From positions 1 through 40,942 of the forward strand of contig CAYGCV010000002.1 of the NCBI GenBank assembly GCA_964348425.1: a stretch of 40,942 nt of DNA. Direction: 5' to 3'. Positions 1 through 11,275 of the stretch are shown here, one piece after another. Numbering within the stretch: the first letter of the stretch is position 1; the number at the start of each line of letters is the position of its first letter. The stretch is from an uncultured Vicinamibacteraceae bacterium (GTDB lineage Bacteria; Acidobacteriota; Vicinamibacteria; Vicinamibacterales; UBA8438). The notes under the pieces are model-generated. The model did no database searches, was not told where the DNA came from, and saw only the letters and a program-made list of their open reading frames with translations. The position numbers were made by a program, and so were the translations under genes.

Positions 1-6
1 GGCGAA

Positions 7-126
7 GGGGCCCCCGCAAGCGAACGCCGGGGGCTTGGGGCGCAGCCCCATCTAGAGGAAGCCGACGCCGGGGGCTTGGGGCGCAGCCCCGTCTGGAGGA
101 AGCCGCGCAGCCCCGTCTGATGGAAA
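7..126 (-). repeat. Tandem array of three copies (one full, two progressively 3'-shortened) of a GC-rich palindromic intergenic repeat, directly downstream of the carB stop
   Basis: Read on the minus strand: TTCCTCTAGATGGGGCTGCGCCCCAAGCCCCCGGCGTTCGCTTGCGGGGGCCCC (60..7), TTCCTCCAGACGGGGCTGCGCCCCAAGCCCCCGGCGTCGGC (101..61), TTTCCATCAGACGGGGCTGCGCGGC (126..102). The same unit recurs at 29837-29884 and 40832-40942. Confidence 0.85.
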
Positions 127-3375
<3,249 letters not shown>

Positions 3376-3381
3376 GATGGG

Positions 3382-4518
3382 TCAGCGGGCGCTCCGGCGG
3401 TCCATGGCCTCCATGAACTCCGAGAAGAGATAGTCGGCGTCGTGCGGTCCCGGCGACGCCTCCGGGTGGTACTGCACGCAGAAGACCGGCAGACGCCGGT
3501 GGCGCAACCCCTCGATCGTCCGGTCGTAGAGGTTGACGTGGGTCACCTCCACGTCGTCGGGCACCGACTCGCCGTCCACCGCGAAGCCGTGGTTCTGCGA
3601 CGTGATCTCGACCCGGCTCGTGGCCAGGTTCTTGACCGGGTGGTTGCCGCCCCGGTGGCCGAACTTCAGCTTGTAGGTCCGGGCGCCGAGCGCCAGTCCG
3701 AGCACCTGGTGACCCAGGCAGATCCCGAACACCGGGAGGTCGGCGTCGATCAGCTTGCGGGCATTCGCGATCGCGTAGTCGAGCGGCGCGGGATCGCCCG
3801 GCCCGTTGCTCAGGAAGACCCCGTCGGGGTCGGACGCCAGCAGCGTCGCGGCCGGGGTGTGCGCCGGGAACACCGTCACGCGGCAGCCGTAGGCCGCGAA
3901 GCGCCGCAGGATGTTCCGCTTCATCCCCAGGTCGTAGGCCGCGATCCGGAACGGGCGGCCGCCGCCGCGGGCCGGCGCCAGGCGGAACTCCGCGGGCGAC
4001 TCGTCCGGCGGCGGCTCCCAGTCGACCGGCTCGGCGCACGTCACGCGGCGGACGAGATCGGTGCCCTCGATCGTGGGCGCGCTGCGCGCCTCGGCAACCA
4101 GCGCCTCCGGGTCGACCGCGCCGGTGGCGATGACGCCGCGCATGACGCCGGCGGTGCGCAGCAGCCGCGTCAGCGCGCGCGTGTCGACGCCGGTGATCGC
4201 GACGATGCCGTGCTCGGCGAGGTAGCTCTGGAGGGTCGTCTCGGCACGCCAGTTGCTAGCGACGGGCGAGGCCTCGCGCACGACGAATCCGGCCACCTGC
4301 GGCCGATCGGACTCCGTGTCGGCCGCGGCCACGCCGTAGTTGCCGATCTGCGGGCAGGTCATCGTCACGATCTGGCCCGAGTACGACGGGTCGGTCAGCA
4401 CCTCCTGATACCCGGTCATGTTGGTGTTGAACACCACCTCGCCGCGGCTGGAGCCTTCGGCCCCGGCCGCCGTGCCGCGGTACCAGGTACCGTTCTCGAG
4501 CGCCAGAATCGCGTTCAT
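3382..4518 (-). CDS. carA: Carbamoyl-phosphate synthase small (glutaminase) subunit
   Basis: Internal ATG at 4518 gives 378 aa starting [16 protein letters not shown] class-I glutamine amidotransferase motif is present ([21 protein letters not shown]). The upstream part of the 678-aa ORF is Arg/Gly-rich shadow sequence. Confidence 0.95.
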   Translation of the reverse strand: MNAILALENGTWYRGTAAGAEGSSRGEVVFNTNMTGYQEVLTDPSYSGQIVTMTCPQIGNYGVAAADTESDRPQVAGFVVREASPVASNWRAETTLQSYLAEHGIVAITGVDTRALTRLLRTAGVMRGVIATGAVDPEALVAEARSAPTIEGTDLVRRVTCAEPVDWEPPPDESPAEFRLAPARGGGRPFRIAAYDLGMKRNILRRFAAYGCRVTVFPAHTPAATLLASDPDGVFLSNGPGDPAPLDYAIANARKLIDADLPVFGICLGHQVLGLALGARTYKLKFGHRGGNHPVKNLATSRVEITSQNHGFAVDGESVPDDVEVTHVNLYDRTIEGLRHRRLPVFCVQYHPEASPGPHDADYLFSEFMEAMDRRSAR

Positions 4519-6932
4519 CGTCGGGAAAGAGGATCCAGGGATGCGCCGACCCGTACCTGGTCCGACGCCGGGACGTCGACGGAAGTCTCCCACGGTTGAT
4601 AGCCGTCCAGCTCGATGCGCAGGCCGCGGGTGCCGGCGGCCACGCCGGAGACGACGGTCGGGGTGGTTCCCACCTCGCGTCCGTCGATGACGACCCGGGC
4701 GCCGGGCGGGCGCGACTCGACCAGGAGCGCGCCCACCACCGGAGCCGGCGGGGGATCGTCCCCCGGCTGCAGCTCGATCTGGATCGACCCGACGGTGGCC
4801 GCCGGAGTCAGCGCGAGCTGCGCCGCCTCGGACCGGAACCCCTCGCGACTCACCTCGACGCGGTAGGTATCGAACGGCATGTCGCCGAGCGCCAGCGGCG
4901 TACGGCCGCGGTCGACGCCGTCGACGGTCACCGTCGCTCCAGGCGGCTCGCTGCGGACCAGCAGCCACCCCGCCGCAGGCGCGGGCGCGGCGGGCGGCGC
5001 GGGCGCCGCGGCGGGCGGCGGACCGCCGGCCTCGAGCCGCGGCGGCTCGGACGCCTCGGCCAGCGGCGGAGGGGCCGCCGTCCCGGCCGGGGGCGCGGGC
5101 GCCGGCGGCGGCGCGCGGACCGGCTCGGGCGCGGGCGCCCGCTCCACCGGCGCGGAGCCGGTCGGGCCGGCCGCACGCGGCGGCGGCGCGACGTTCGCCG
5201 CGTCGCGTTCCGGATCGCCGGCGGCGCCGGTTGCCGGCGGCGCCGGGCCGGCGGCGCGACGGTCCTCCAGCCCCTGGTCGCCAGCCATCTGCAAGCCGAC
5301 CAGGTACGCGGCGACCGCGCCGACGGTCAGCACCGCGGCGATGGCCAGCACCGATCCGGAGGCCCAGGGCCGGTACGGCACATCGTCGCCGGCGGCCGGC
5401 TCCGCTTCGCCCGCCCAATCCCGATCGTGCGCCGCGTCCGGATCATCCAGACGGTCGAGCAGGTCCCGCTCGTCGAGGAGACCTGCCGCGGGCGGCGCCG
5501 GCGCCGCGCCCTCTTCGCGCACCGCCTCCAGATCGAGCTCGGGCGCGGGCTCCGGATCGGGCGCGGGCGCGATCTCCCGCTCGAGCGCGGCCTCGGCCAG
5601 CACGGAGGGCGCCGGGCTCCGGGGTTCCGGTGCGAGGTCGGGATCCGGTACCGGCTCGAACGCCAGCGCCGGCTCGGGTGCCGGCCCGGGTTGCAGGTCG
5701 GGCTGCGGCCCGGACTCGACCTGGACCTCCGGCGCGACCCGGGCTTCCGGCTCGAACTGGAGCGCCGGCTCGGACTCCGCATCCGGCTCGGCCTCCCACG
5801 CCGCCCCACCGGCCTCCGCGCCCGCGAGGCCCGCGGCGGGCTCCGTGTCGAGGGCCGGCCCGTCGTCCTCGACGGCCGGCTCCGTCGCGTCGGGCAACGG
5901 GTCGACGAGGATCTCCGCGGCCGGCGCGGCGGCCTCCCCGACCGCTTCCCGATCCGCCGGCCGCTTGGCCGGGCCGGCCGGCGCCGGGTCGGCTCCACCC
6001 TCCGGCGGCGGCGCCAGCTCGAGGGCCTCCTCGTCGAAGGGCACGCCCGCGGCGGCGTGCAGATCCGCCGCGAAGCGCGCCGCGCTCGCGTAGCGGCTGT
6101 CCGGACCGTCGGCCAGGGCCGTTTCGAACACGGCCTGCAGCGACTCGACGTCCTCGATCTCGTCGAGCTCGGCGAGCCGCGCGGCGACCTGCGCCCCCGT
6201 GCCGGCAGCCCGCTTGCCCGTCAGCAGCTCGTAGGCGACGGCGCCGAGCGCGAACCGATCGGCCGCCGGGCCCCAGGCGCGGCGCGCGATCATTTCGGGT
6301 GCGGTATAGGGCCGGCGGATGGGGCCGCTGACGCCGACCTCCTCGAGCGCCGCCAGGACGCCGAAGCCGGTCACGCGGCCGCCGCTGGGCGTGACGATGA
6401 TGTCGCGAAGATGCAGCCCGCCGTGCCGCACGCCGAGCGCGTGCGCGGCGTCGATCGCGCCGGCGAGCCGGTCGATCAGGGGCAGCGCCCTCTCCAGGGC
6501 GGCCGGCGCGTAGTCGCGCATGACGGCATCGAGCGACTCGCCGGCGACGTACTCCTGCGCGAGATACAGCACGCCGTCGTCGACGCCGACGGCGGTCGCG
6601 GGCACCGCCGCCGGGTGGAACGCGCCCGCGGCGACCAGCGCACCGAAGCGTTCGGTCAGCGTCTCGGCCTGCTCGGGCGTAATGTCGATGTGGAACGCCT
6701 TGACGGCAAACGGGCGATCGTGAGGCGGATTGTAGGCCCGAAACACCGGTCCCAGGACGCCGGCCCCGATCTGGTGCATCACACGGAAGGGGCCGAATGC
6801 ACCGGGAGTGCTTCGTGCGTCCGCGTCGTCGGTTGTCAGCGGCGGAGCTCCTACGGGCCAGCGGTCCGTGATCGTGCGGGATGCATCACCGGTCGAGTGC
6901 AGCGGGCGGTCTCGCCACGAACTGCAGGCCAT
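4515..6932 (-). CDS. Membrane-anchored Hanks-type pseudokinase with a Pro/Ala/Glu-rich linker, one TM helix and two C-terminal PEGA domains
   Basis: Kinase-fold motifs present: [10 protein letters not shown] (G-loop), FAVKAF, YTAPEM. The catalytic loop reads [12 protein letters not shown] and DFG is replaced by GFG. TM helix [24 protein letters not shown] repeats [16 protein letters not shown] and [19 protein letters not shown] start; the TGA stop overlaps the carA ATG (ATGA at 4515-4518). Confidence 0.8.
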   Translation of the reverse strand: MACSSWRDRPLHSTGDASRTITDRWPVGAPPLTTDDADARSTPGAFGPFRVMHQIGAGVLGPVFRAYNPPHDRPFAVKAFHIDITPEQAETLTERFGALVAAGAFHPAAVPATAVGVDDGVLYLAQEYVAGESLDAVMRDYAPAALERALPLIDRLAGAIDAAHALGVRHGGLHLRDIIVTPSGGRVTGFGVLAALEEVGVSGPIRRPYTAPEMIARRAWGPAADRFALGAVAYELLTGKRAAGTGAQVAARLAELDEIEDVESLQAVFETALADGPDSRYASAARFAADLHAAAGVPFDEEALELAPPPEGGADPAPAGPAKRPADREAVGEAAAPAAEILVDPLPDATEPAVEDDGPALDTEPAAGLAGAEAGGAAWEAEPDAESEPALQFEPEARVAPEVQVESGPQPDLQPGPAPEPALAFEPVPDPDLAPEPRSPAPSVLAEAALEREIAPAPDPEPAPELDLEAVREEGAAPAPPAAGLLDERDLLDRLDDPDAAHDRDWAGEAEPAAGDDVPYRPWASGSVLAIAAVLTVGAVAAYLVGLQMAGDQGLEDRRAAGPAPPATGAAGDPERDAANVAPPPRAAGPTGSAPVERAPAPEPVRAPPPAPAPPAGTAAPPPLAEASEPPRLEAGGPPPAAAPAPPAAPAPAAGWLLVRSEPPGATVTVDGVDRGRTPLALGDMPFDTYRVEVSREGFRSEAAQLALTPAATVGSIQIELQPGDDPPPAPVVGALLVESRPPGARVVIDGREVGTTPTVVSGVAAGTRGLRIELDGYQPWETSVDVPASDQVRVGASLDPLSRR

Positions 6933-6952
6933 AGGATGCTACCACGGAACCG

Positions 6953-6971
6953 CGGGCGCTCAAAGCGCCCG
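6953..6971. promoter_or_regulatory. Perfect 8-3-8 palindrome in the divergent pseudokinase/bshC intergenic region (candidate operator or 5' hairpin)
   Basis: CGGGCGCT-CAA-AGCGCCCG. It lies between two divergently oriented starts, so it is not a terminator. Confidence 0.35.
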
Positions 6972-6981
6972 GCCCGGCGTC

Positions 6982-7010
6982 TTGACAGCCCCGAACCCGT
7001 CTGAAAGAGT
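6982..7010 (+). promoter_or_regulatory. Candidate sigma-70 promoter for bshC (TTGACA-N17-AAGAGT), implying a near-leaderless mRNA
   Basis: Perfect -35 TTGACA at 6982-6987, a 17-nt spacer, and a weak -10 AAGAGT at 7005-7010. Only 9 nt separate the -10 from the GTG at 7020, and there is no Shine-Dalgarno sequence. Confidence 0.3.
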
Positions 7011-7019
7011 ACGCGGGAC

Positions 7020-8672
7020 GTGCCTGCCGAACCGCCGTCTCCCGCGGCGACACCGTTCAATTCCGCCATCGATCTTCGGCAGTTGTCGTGGGCCACGCCG
7101 TTCACGCGCGACTACTGCCACGCCTTCGACCGCCTGGAGGAATTCTATCCGGGCCCGCCCGCTGCGCCCGGGAGCTGGCGCGAGGCCATCGAGGCGCGGC
7201 TGGCGGCAGGCGGTCGCGCGACGGCTATCGCCGGCGTCCTGACCACCCAGTTGCGGGGACGCGGGGCGCCCCCGGCCGCGCTGGCCGCCGCGCAGCGCCT
7301 CGGGGCGGCGGGTACGGTCGCGATCCTCACCGGCCAGCAGGCCGGACTGTTCGGCGGACCGCTCTACACGCTGCTCAAGGCGCTCACCGCCATCGCCCTC
7401 GCGCGGCGTGTGGAGTCCGAGCACGGGGTGGCCGCGGTGCCGGTCTTCTGGGTGGACGCCGAGGACCACGACCTCGACGAGGTCCGCGCCTGCCAGGTCC
7501 TCGACGACGACCTCGAGCCGCACCGGATCGCGCTGGACCTCGCCTCGGAGACCGGGCGGCCGAGCTCGGCCGTCCGTCTGCCGGAGACCGTCGGCGCGCT
7601 GCTCGATCAGCTCCGGGAGACCCTGCCGTCGACGGAGTTCTCCGCGGCGGTTCTCAAGCGCCTGGCCGCGTCATATGCACCCGGGACCGGGCTGGTCGAG
7701 GCGTTCAGCCGCTGGCTCGACTGCGTGCTCGGCGACCGCGGCCTGGTCGTGTTCGATGCCTCCGATCCCGCGGCCAAGCCGCTCGCCCGGCCGGTGTTCG
7801 ACCGGGAGCTGCGACTGCGCGGCGAGGCGTCGCGGCTGGCGGCGGCGGCCGGGGCGCAACTGTCGGCGCGCGGCTACCACGCCCAGGTGCAACCGGCCGA
7901 CGACGCGGTCGCCCTGTTCCACCTCGACGGGGCGCGCCGGCCCATTCGCCTGCGCGACGGCGCCTTTGCCCTCGGCGACGCCCTGCTGGCGCCGGACGCG
8001 CTCCGCGATCTCGTGCGCGAGCAGCCGGCCACGTTCAGCCCCAACGTCCTGCTGCGGCCGATCGTGCAGGACACCCTGTTTCCGACGATCGCCTACGTGA
8101 CCGGACCGCACGAGCTGGCCTACCTCGGGCAACTCCGGGAGGTGTACCGGCTGTTCGAGCTGTCGATGCCGCTGGTGTATCCGCGCCTCAGCGCGACGAT
8201 ACTGGACCGTGGCGCGGTGCGGTTTCTCACCCGCTACGACATCGACCTCGACACCCTGCAGGCCCGGGACGACGCCGCGCTGAACCGGCTCGTCGGCGCG
8301 CAACTGCCGCCCGCGGTCGAGGCGGCGGTCGCCGCCGCCGAGCGCAGCATCGGCGCCGAGCTGGCGGCGATCGCGGACGGCGTGCCGGCCATCGACCCGA
8401 CGCTGGTCGGCGCCGTGCGCACCACCCGGCAGCGCATGGAACGCGACCTGGGCAACCTGCGCGGCAAGATCGTCCAGGCGGCGAAGCGGCGGGACACCAC
8501 GTTGCGGCGGCAGTTCCACCGGGCGCGCGCCCAGGCGTTTCCGGGCGGGGCGCCCCAGGAGCGCGCGGTCGCCTTCGTCTATTTCCTCAACCGCTTCGGC
8601 CCGCACGTCGTCGACCGCCTGCTCGACAACCTGCCGCTCGGCGTCGGCCAGCACTGGCTGCTCACTGTATAA
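7020..8672 (+). CDS. bshC: Bacillithiol biosynthesis cysteine-adding enzyme BshC (YllA family)
   Basis: 550 aa with a GTG start. Signature block ILTGQQAGLFGGPLYTLLKALTAIALAR...VPVFWVDAEDHDLDEV matches the BshC family motif (GGQQ.GL..GPLYT..K......LA...IP.FW...EDHDLDE). Confidence 0.85.
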   Translation: MPAEPPSPAATPFNSAIDLRQLSWATPFTRDYCHAFDRLEEFYPGPPAAPGSWREAIEARLAAGGRATAIAGVLTTQLRGRGAPPAALAAAQRLGAAGTVAILTGQQAGLFGGPLYTLLKALTAIALARRVESEHGVAAVPVFWVDAEDHDLDEVRACQVLDDDLEPHRIALDLASETGRPSSAVRLPETVGALLDQLRETLPSTEFSAAVLKRLAASYAPGTGLVEAFSRWLDCVLGDRGLVVFDASDPAAKPLARPVFDRELRLRGEASRLAAAAGAQLSARGYHAQVQPADDAVALFHLDGARRPIRLRDGAFALGDALLAPDALRDLVREQPATFSPNVLLRPIVQDTLFPTIAYVTGPHELAYLGQLREVYRLFELSMPLVYPRLSATILDRGAVRFLTRYDIDLDTLQARDDAALNRLVGAQLPPAVEAAVAAAERSIGAELAAIADGVPAIDPTLVGAVRTTRQRMERDLGNLRGKIVQAAKRRDTTLRRQFHRARAQAFPGGAPQERAVAFVYFLNRFGPHVVDRLLDNLPLGVGQHWLLTV

Positions 8673-8673
8673 T
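8668..8673 (+). promoter_or_regulatory. Perfect TATAAT -10 box upstream of the xdhC-family gene, containing the bshC TAA stop
   Basis: CTGTATAATC. The TAA stop of bshC is 8670-8672. There are 31 nt to the ATG at 8705, with AAAGGA at 8683-8688 as a possible SD. Confidence 0.45.
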
Positions 8674-8704
8674 CAACCAGCCAAAGGACTTCCGACGAAC
8701 CGCA

Positions 8705-9571
8705 ATGAACGAAGAGGTCTTTCACGCCGTTGGCGAGGCGCTGCGACGGGGCGAGCCCGCGTCGCTCGTGACCATCATCCGCACCGAGGGCTCCACGCCC
8801 CAGCGTGTCGGGGCGAAGATGGTGGTGTTCGCCGACGGCAGGACCGTCGGCACCATCGGCGGCGGATGCTACGAGAACGACGCGTTCTGGAAGGCGCGTC
8901 AGGCCCTCGAGACGCGCAAGTCCGAGGTCGTGCGCTACGAGCTGTCGGACGACATCGCGGAGGAATCCGGGCTGATCTGCGGCGGTCAGATGGAGGTCTA
9001 CATCGAGCCGCTCGAGGCGGCGCCGCACCTGTATCTCGTGGGCGCCGGGCACGTCGCGTACCATCTGGCGCGGGCCGCCGGCGACGTCGGCTTCCACGTG
9101 CACGTGCTCGACGACAGGGAGAAGTTCGCCAACCGCGAGCGCTTCCCCGATGCGGTCGAGATTGCGGTGGACGCCATTCCGGACTGGCTCGCGCAGGCGA
9201 GCTTCACGGCGAACGCCTACGTCGTCATCCTCACCCGCGGCCACCGCTACGACCTCGACGCCCTGCGCGCGCTGATCCCCCACCAGCTCCGCTACCTGGG
9301 CCTGATCGGCAGCCGGGCGAAGGTCGCGCGGCTGTATGACGCGTTGCACGCGGAAGGCGTCGCCCCCGAGCGCCTGGCGCACGTGCACGCGCCGGTCGGA
9401 CTGGCCATCGGCGCCGTGACGCCGCAGGAGATCGCCGTCAGCATTCTGGCCGAGCTGATCGCCGTCAAGTACGGCAAGCTCGCGGCCGGGACGCAGGGCC
9501 CCGACAACGTCGAGGCGCTGCGCTGGAGCCCGCCCGGGCGCCGGCCGGAGACGGTCCTGGCCGGGGAGTGA
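8705..9571 (+). CDS. XdhC/CoxI-family accessory protein (N-terminal XdhC domain plus Rossmann-like domain)
   Basis: 288 aa from the ATG at 8705: LVTIIRTEGSTPQRVGAKMVV..DGRTVGTIGGGCYE, then LYLVGAGHVAYHLARAA...ILTRGHRYD...YLGLIGSRAK. This is the typical XdhC family layout. Confidence 0.85.
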   Translation: MNEEVFHAVGEALRRGEPASLVTIIRTEGSTPQRVGAKMVVFADGRTVGTIGGGCYENDAFWKARQALETRKSEVVRYELSDDIAEESGLICGGQMEVYIEPLEAAPHLYLVGAGHVAYHLARAAGDVGFHVHVLDDREKFANRERFPDAVEIAVDAIPDWLAQASFTANAYVVILTRGHRYDLDALRALIPHQLRYLGLIGSRAKVARLYDALHAEGVAPERLAHVHAPVGLAIGAVTPQEIAVSILAELIAVKYGKLAAGTQGPDNVEALRWSPPGRRPETVLAGE

Positions 9572-9606
9572 CGGCGCGCCCCGGCCGACTGGCATCCGGG
9601 TCGGGC

Positions 9607-9615
9607 TGGTATAAT
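9607..9615 (+). promoter_or_regulatory. Extended -10 promoter (TGGTATAAT) for hrcA
   Basis: TGnTATAAT at 9607-9615, in the 65-nt xdhC-hrcA spacer, with 21 nt to the ATG at 9637. No good -35 is present, which is consistent with an extended -10. Confidence 0.5.
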
Positions 9616-9636
9616 GACGGCAGCTCCATCCGGGCC

Positions 9637-10758
9637 ATGGCTCCTCATCCAGTTCGCGAAGCTCCGTGCGGCGGCGAGTTGTCCGGCCGGTCGCGGAGCA
9701 TTCTCGCGGGCCTGGTCAGGCAGTACATCGACGAGGGCGACCCGGTCTCCTCGCTCTGGCTGACGCGGCACGGCGGCTTCGGCTGGTCGTCCGCAACCGT
9801 CCGCAGCGTGCTCGCGACCCTGGAGGCGCTGGGCTACGTGCACCAGCCGCACGCGTCGTCCGGCCGCGTGCCCACGGACCGCGGCTACCGCGCCTACGTG
9901 GACCTGCTGCTCGAGTCGCGGCCGGCTCCGCAACCCAGGCCGGACGTCGAGGCCCGCCTGCGGCAGGCGGGTACGGTGAGCGGCGTGCTGTCGAACGTGT
10001 CGCACGAGCTGTCGCTCGCCTCCCACCAGCTCGGCTTCGCGCTGTTGCCGGCGTCGGGCGGCGCCTTCCGGCACATCGAGTTCGTCCCCCTCGACGGTTC
10101 GCGCATTCTCGTCGTGGTGAGCGCCGACGGGAACGAGGTGGTGCACAAGGTCGTCGATCTGGGAGAGCGGATACCGGCCAGCGAGCTGCGCCAGGGCGCG
10201 ACCTATCTGAACCGCGAGTTTGCCGGCATGCTCCTCTGGGATGTCCGCGCCACCGTGGCGGAGCAACTGCGCCAGGAGCGCATGCTGTACGACCAGCTCC
10301 TGTCGCGCGCGCTGCGTCTCGCCAGCTCGACGCTGGAGGACGTGGTGCCGCAGAACACGCTGTTCCTGGAGGGCGCCGGCTTCCTGGTGGAGCAGGTTTC
10401 CGATTCCGAGGACGAGGCCCGCGTGCCCTTCGCGATGCTGCAGGCCCTGCTCTCGATGATCGAGAAGAAGGACCAGCTAGTCCGGCTGCTCAACGAGTAC
10501 CTCGACGGCTCCGGCCTCACGGTGGTGATCGGGACCGAGCACGTCTCGCCGGAGATGCGGGGCTTCAGCCTGGTGCTGTCGCCCTACTCCGACGGCCAGC
10601 GGACCGGCAGCGTCGGCGTGATCGGTCCGCGCCGGATGCGTTACTCGCGGGCGATCTCGGCCGTCGACAGCGTGTCCCGGGCCGTCAGCCGGGTGCTCTT
10701 CACGCAGGGGACGCCGCCGCCCGCCAATGACAGACGACACGAGACCGGAAACGCCTGA
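9637..10758 (+). CDS. hrcA: Heat-inducible transcription repressor HrcA
   Basis: LSGRSRSILAGLVRQYIDEGDPVSSLWL...SSATVRSVLATLEALGYVHQPHASSGRVPTDRGYRAYVD. The ATG at 9637 is preferred over the GTG at 9568 because of the promoter position. Confidence 0.9.
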   Translation: MAPHPVREAPCGGELSGRSRSILAGLVRQYIDEGDPVSSLWLTRHGGFGWSSATVRSVLATLEALGYVHQPHASSGRVPTDRGYRAYVDLLLESRPAPQPRPDVEARLRQAGTVSGVLSNVSHELSLASHQLGFALLPASGGAFRHIEFVPLDGSRILVVVSADGNEVVHKVVDLGERIPASELRQGATYLNREFAGMLLWDVRATVAEQLRQERMLYDQLLSRALRLASSTLEDVVPQNTLFLEGAGFLVEQVSDSEDEARVPFAMLQALLSMIEKKDQLVRLLNEYLDGSGLTVVIGTEHVSPEMRGFSLVLSPYSDGQRTGSVGVIGPRRMRYSRAISAVDSVSRAVSRVLFTQGTPPPANDRRHETGNA

Positions 10759-11275
10759 TTCAGCAGCCGCGCCAGCGGCAGTCGACCCGCCGCCGCCCGC
10801 CGCCGACGAACCGGCGCCGCCGGCCGCGGGGGCCGACGAGGCGGCGCGCGAACGCGACGAGTACCGCGACCTGCTGCTGCGCAAGACCGCCGAGCTCGAC
10901 AACTACCGCAAGCGGGTCGAGCGGGAGCGCGCGGCGGCCGACGAGGCGGCGGCGGCCGATCTCATCAGCGAGCTCCTGCCCATTCTCGACAACCTGGAGC
11001 GCGCGCTCGAGACCGGCGCGGACACCGCCGCGGCAGCCGCCTATCGCACGGGGGTGGAGTTGATTCACAAGCAGTTGCTCGACCTGCTCGCCAAGCGGCG
11101 GGTGGTGCCGATCGACACCGCGGGCCAGGACTTCGACCCGCACTTCCATCAGGCCGTGGCACACGAGGCGAGCGGCGAGCACGCCGACGGACAGATCATC
11201 GGCGAGCTCCGGCGCGGCTACCTGCTGGCCGGACGCCTGCTGCGGCCCGCCATGGTGAGGGTGGCGAAGGCGTGA
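10727..11275 (+). CDS. grpE: Nucleotide exchange factor GrpE
   Basis: 182 aa: LLRKTAELDNYRKRVERE...LLPILDNLERAL...FDPHFHQAV...GYLLAGRLLRPAMVRV. Overlaps the hrcA 3' end by 32 nt. Confidence 0.93.
   Translation: MTDDTRPETPDSAAAPAAVDPPPPAADEPAPPAAGADEAARERDEYRDLLLRKTAELDNYRKRVERERAAADEAAAADLISELLPILDNLERALETGADTAAAAAYRTGVELIHKQLLDLLAKRRVVPIDTAGQDFDPHFHQAVAHEASGEHADGQIIGELRRGYLLAGRLLRPAMVRVAKA

Noticed and set aside
7-126. A possible CRISPR array, because of closely spaced direct repeats
   Set aside because: The copies abut each other without unique spacers and have different lengths. The same unit is scattered singly elsewhere, and no cas genes are present.
4879-6331. Overlapping 404-aa, 366-aa, 223-aa and 118-aa ORFs rich in Ser/Ala/Gly or Arg/Pro inside the pseudokinase linker region
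   Set aside because: They are alternative frames of a low-complexity GC-rich repeat region. The minus-strand frame is continuous with a kinase domain upstream and TM and PEGA domains downstream, and it explains the region.
6933-7019. A replication origin at the divergent strand switch
   Set aside because: No DnaA-box-like 9-mers (TTATCCACA or its complement) or AT-rich unwinding element are present. The spacer is only 87 nt and is explained by divergent promoters.
9572-9636. A CIRCE operator or sigma-54 promoter upstream of hrcA (TGGCAT at 9590-9595)
   Set aside because: No TTAGCACTC/GAGTGCTAA-like inverted repeat is present. TGGCAT is not followed by a TTGC -12 element at the required spacing. 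The extended -10 TGGTATAAT is the simpler explanation.
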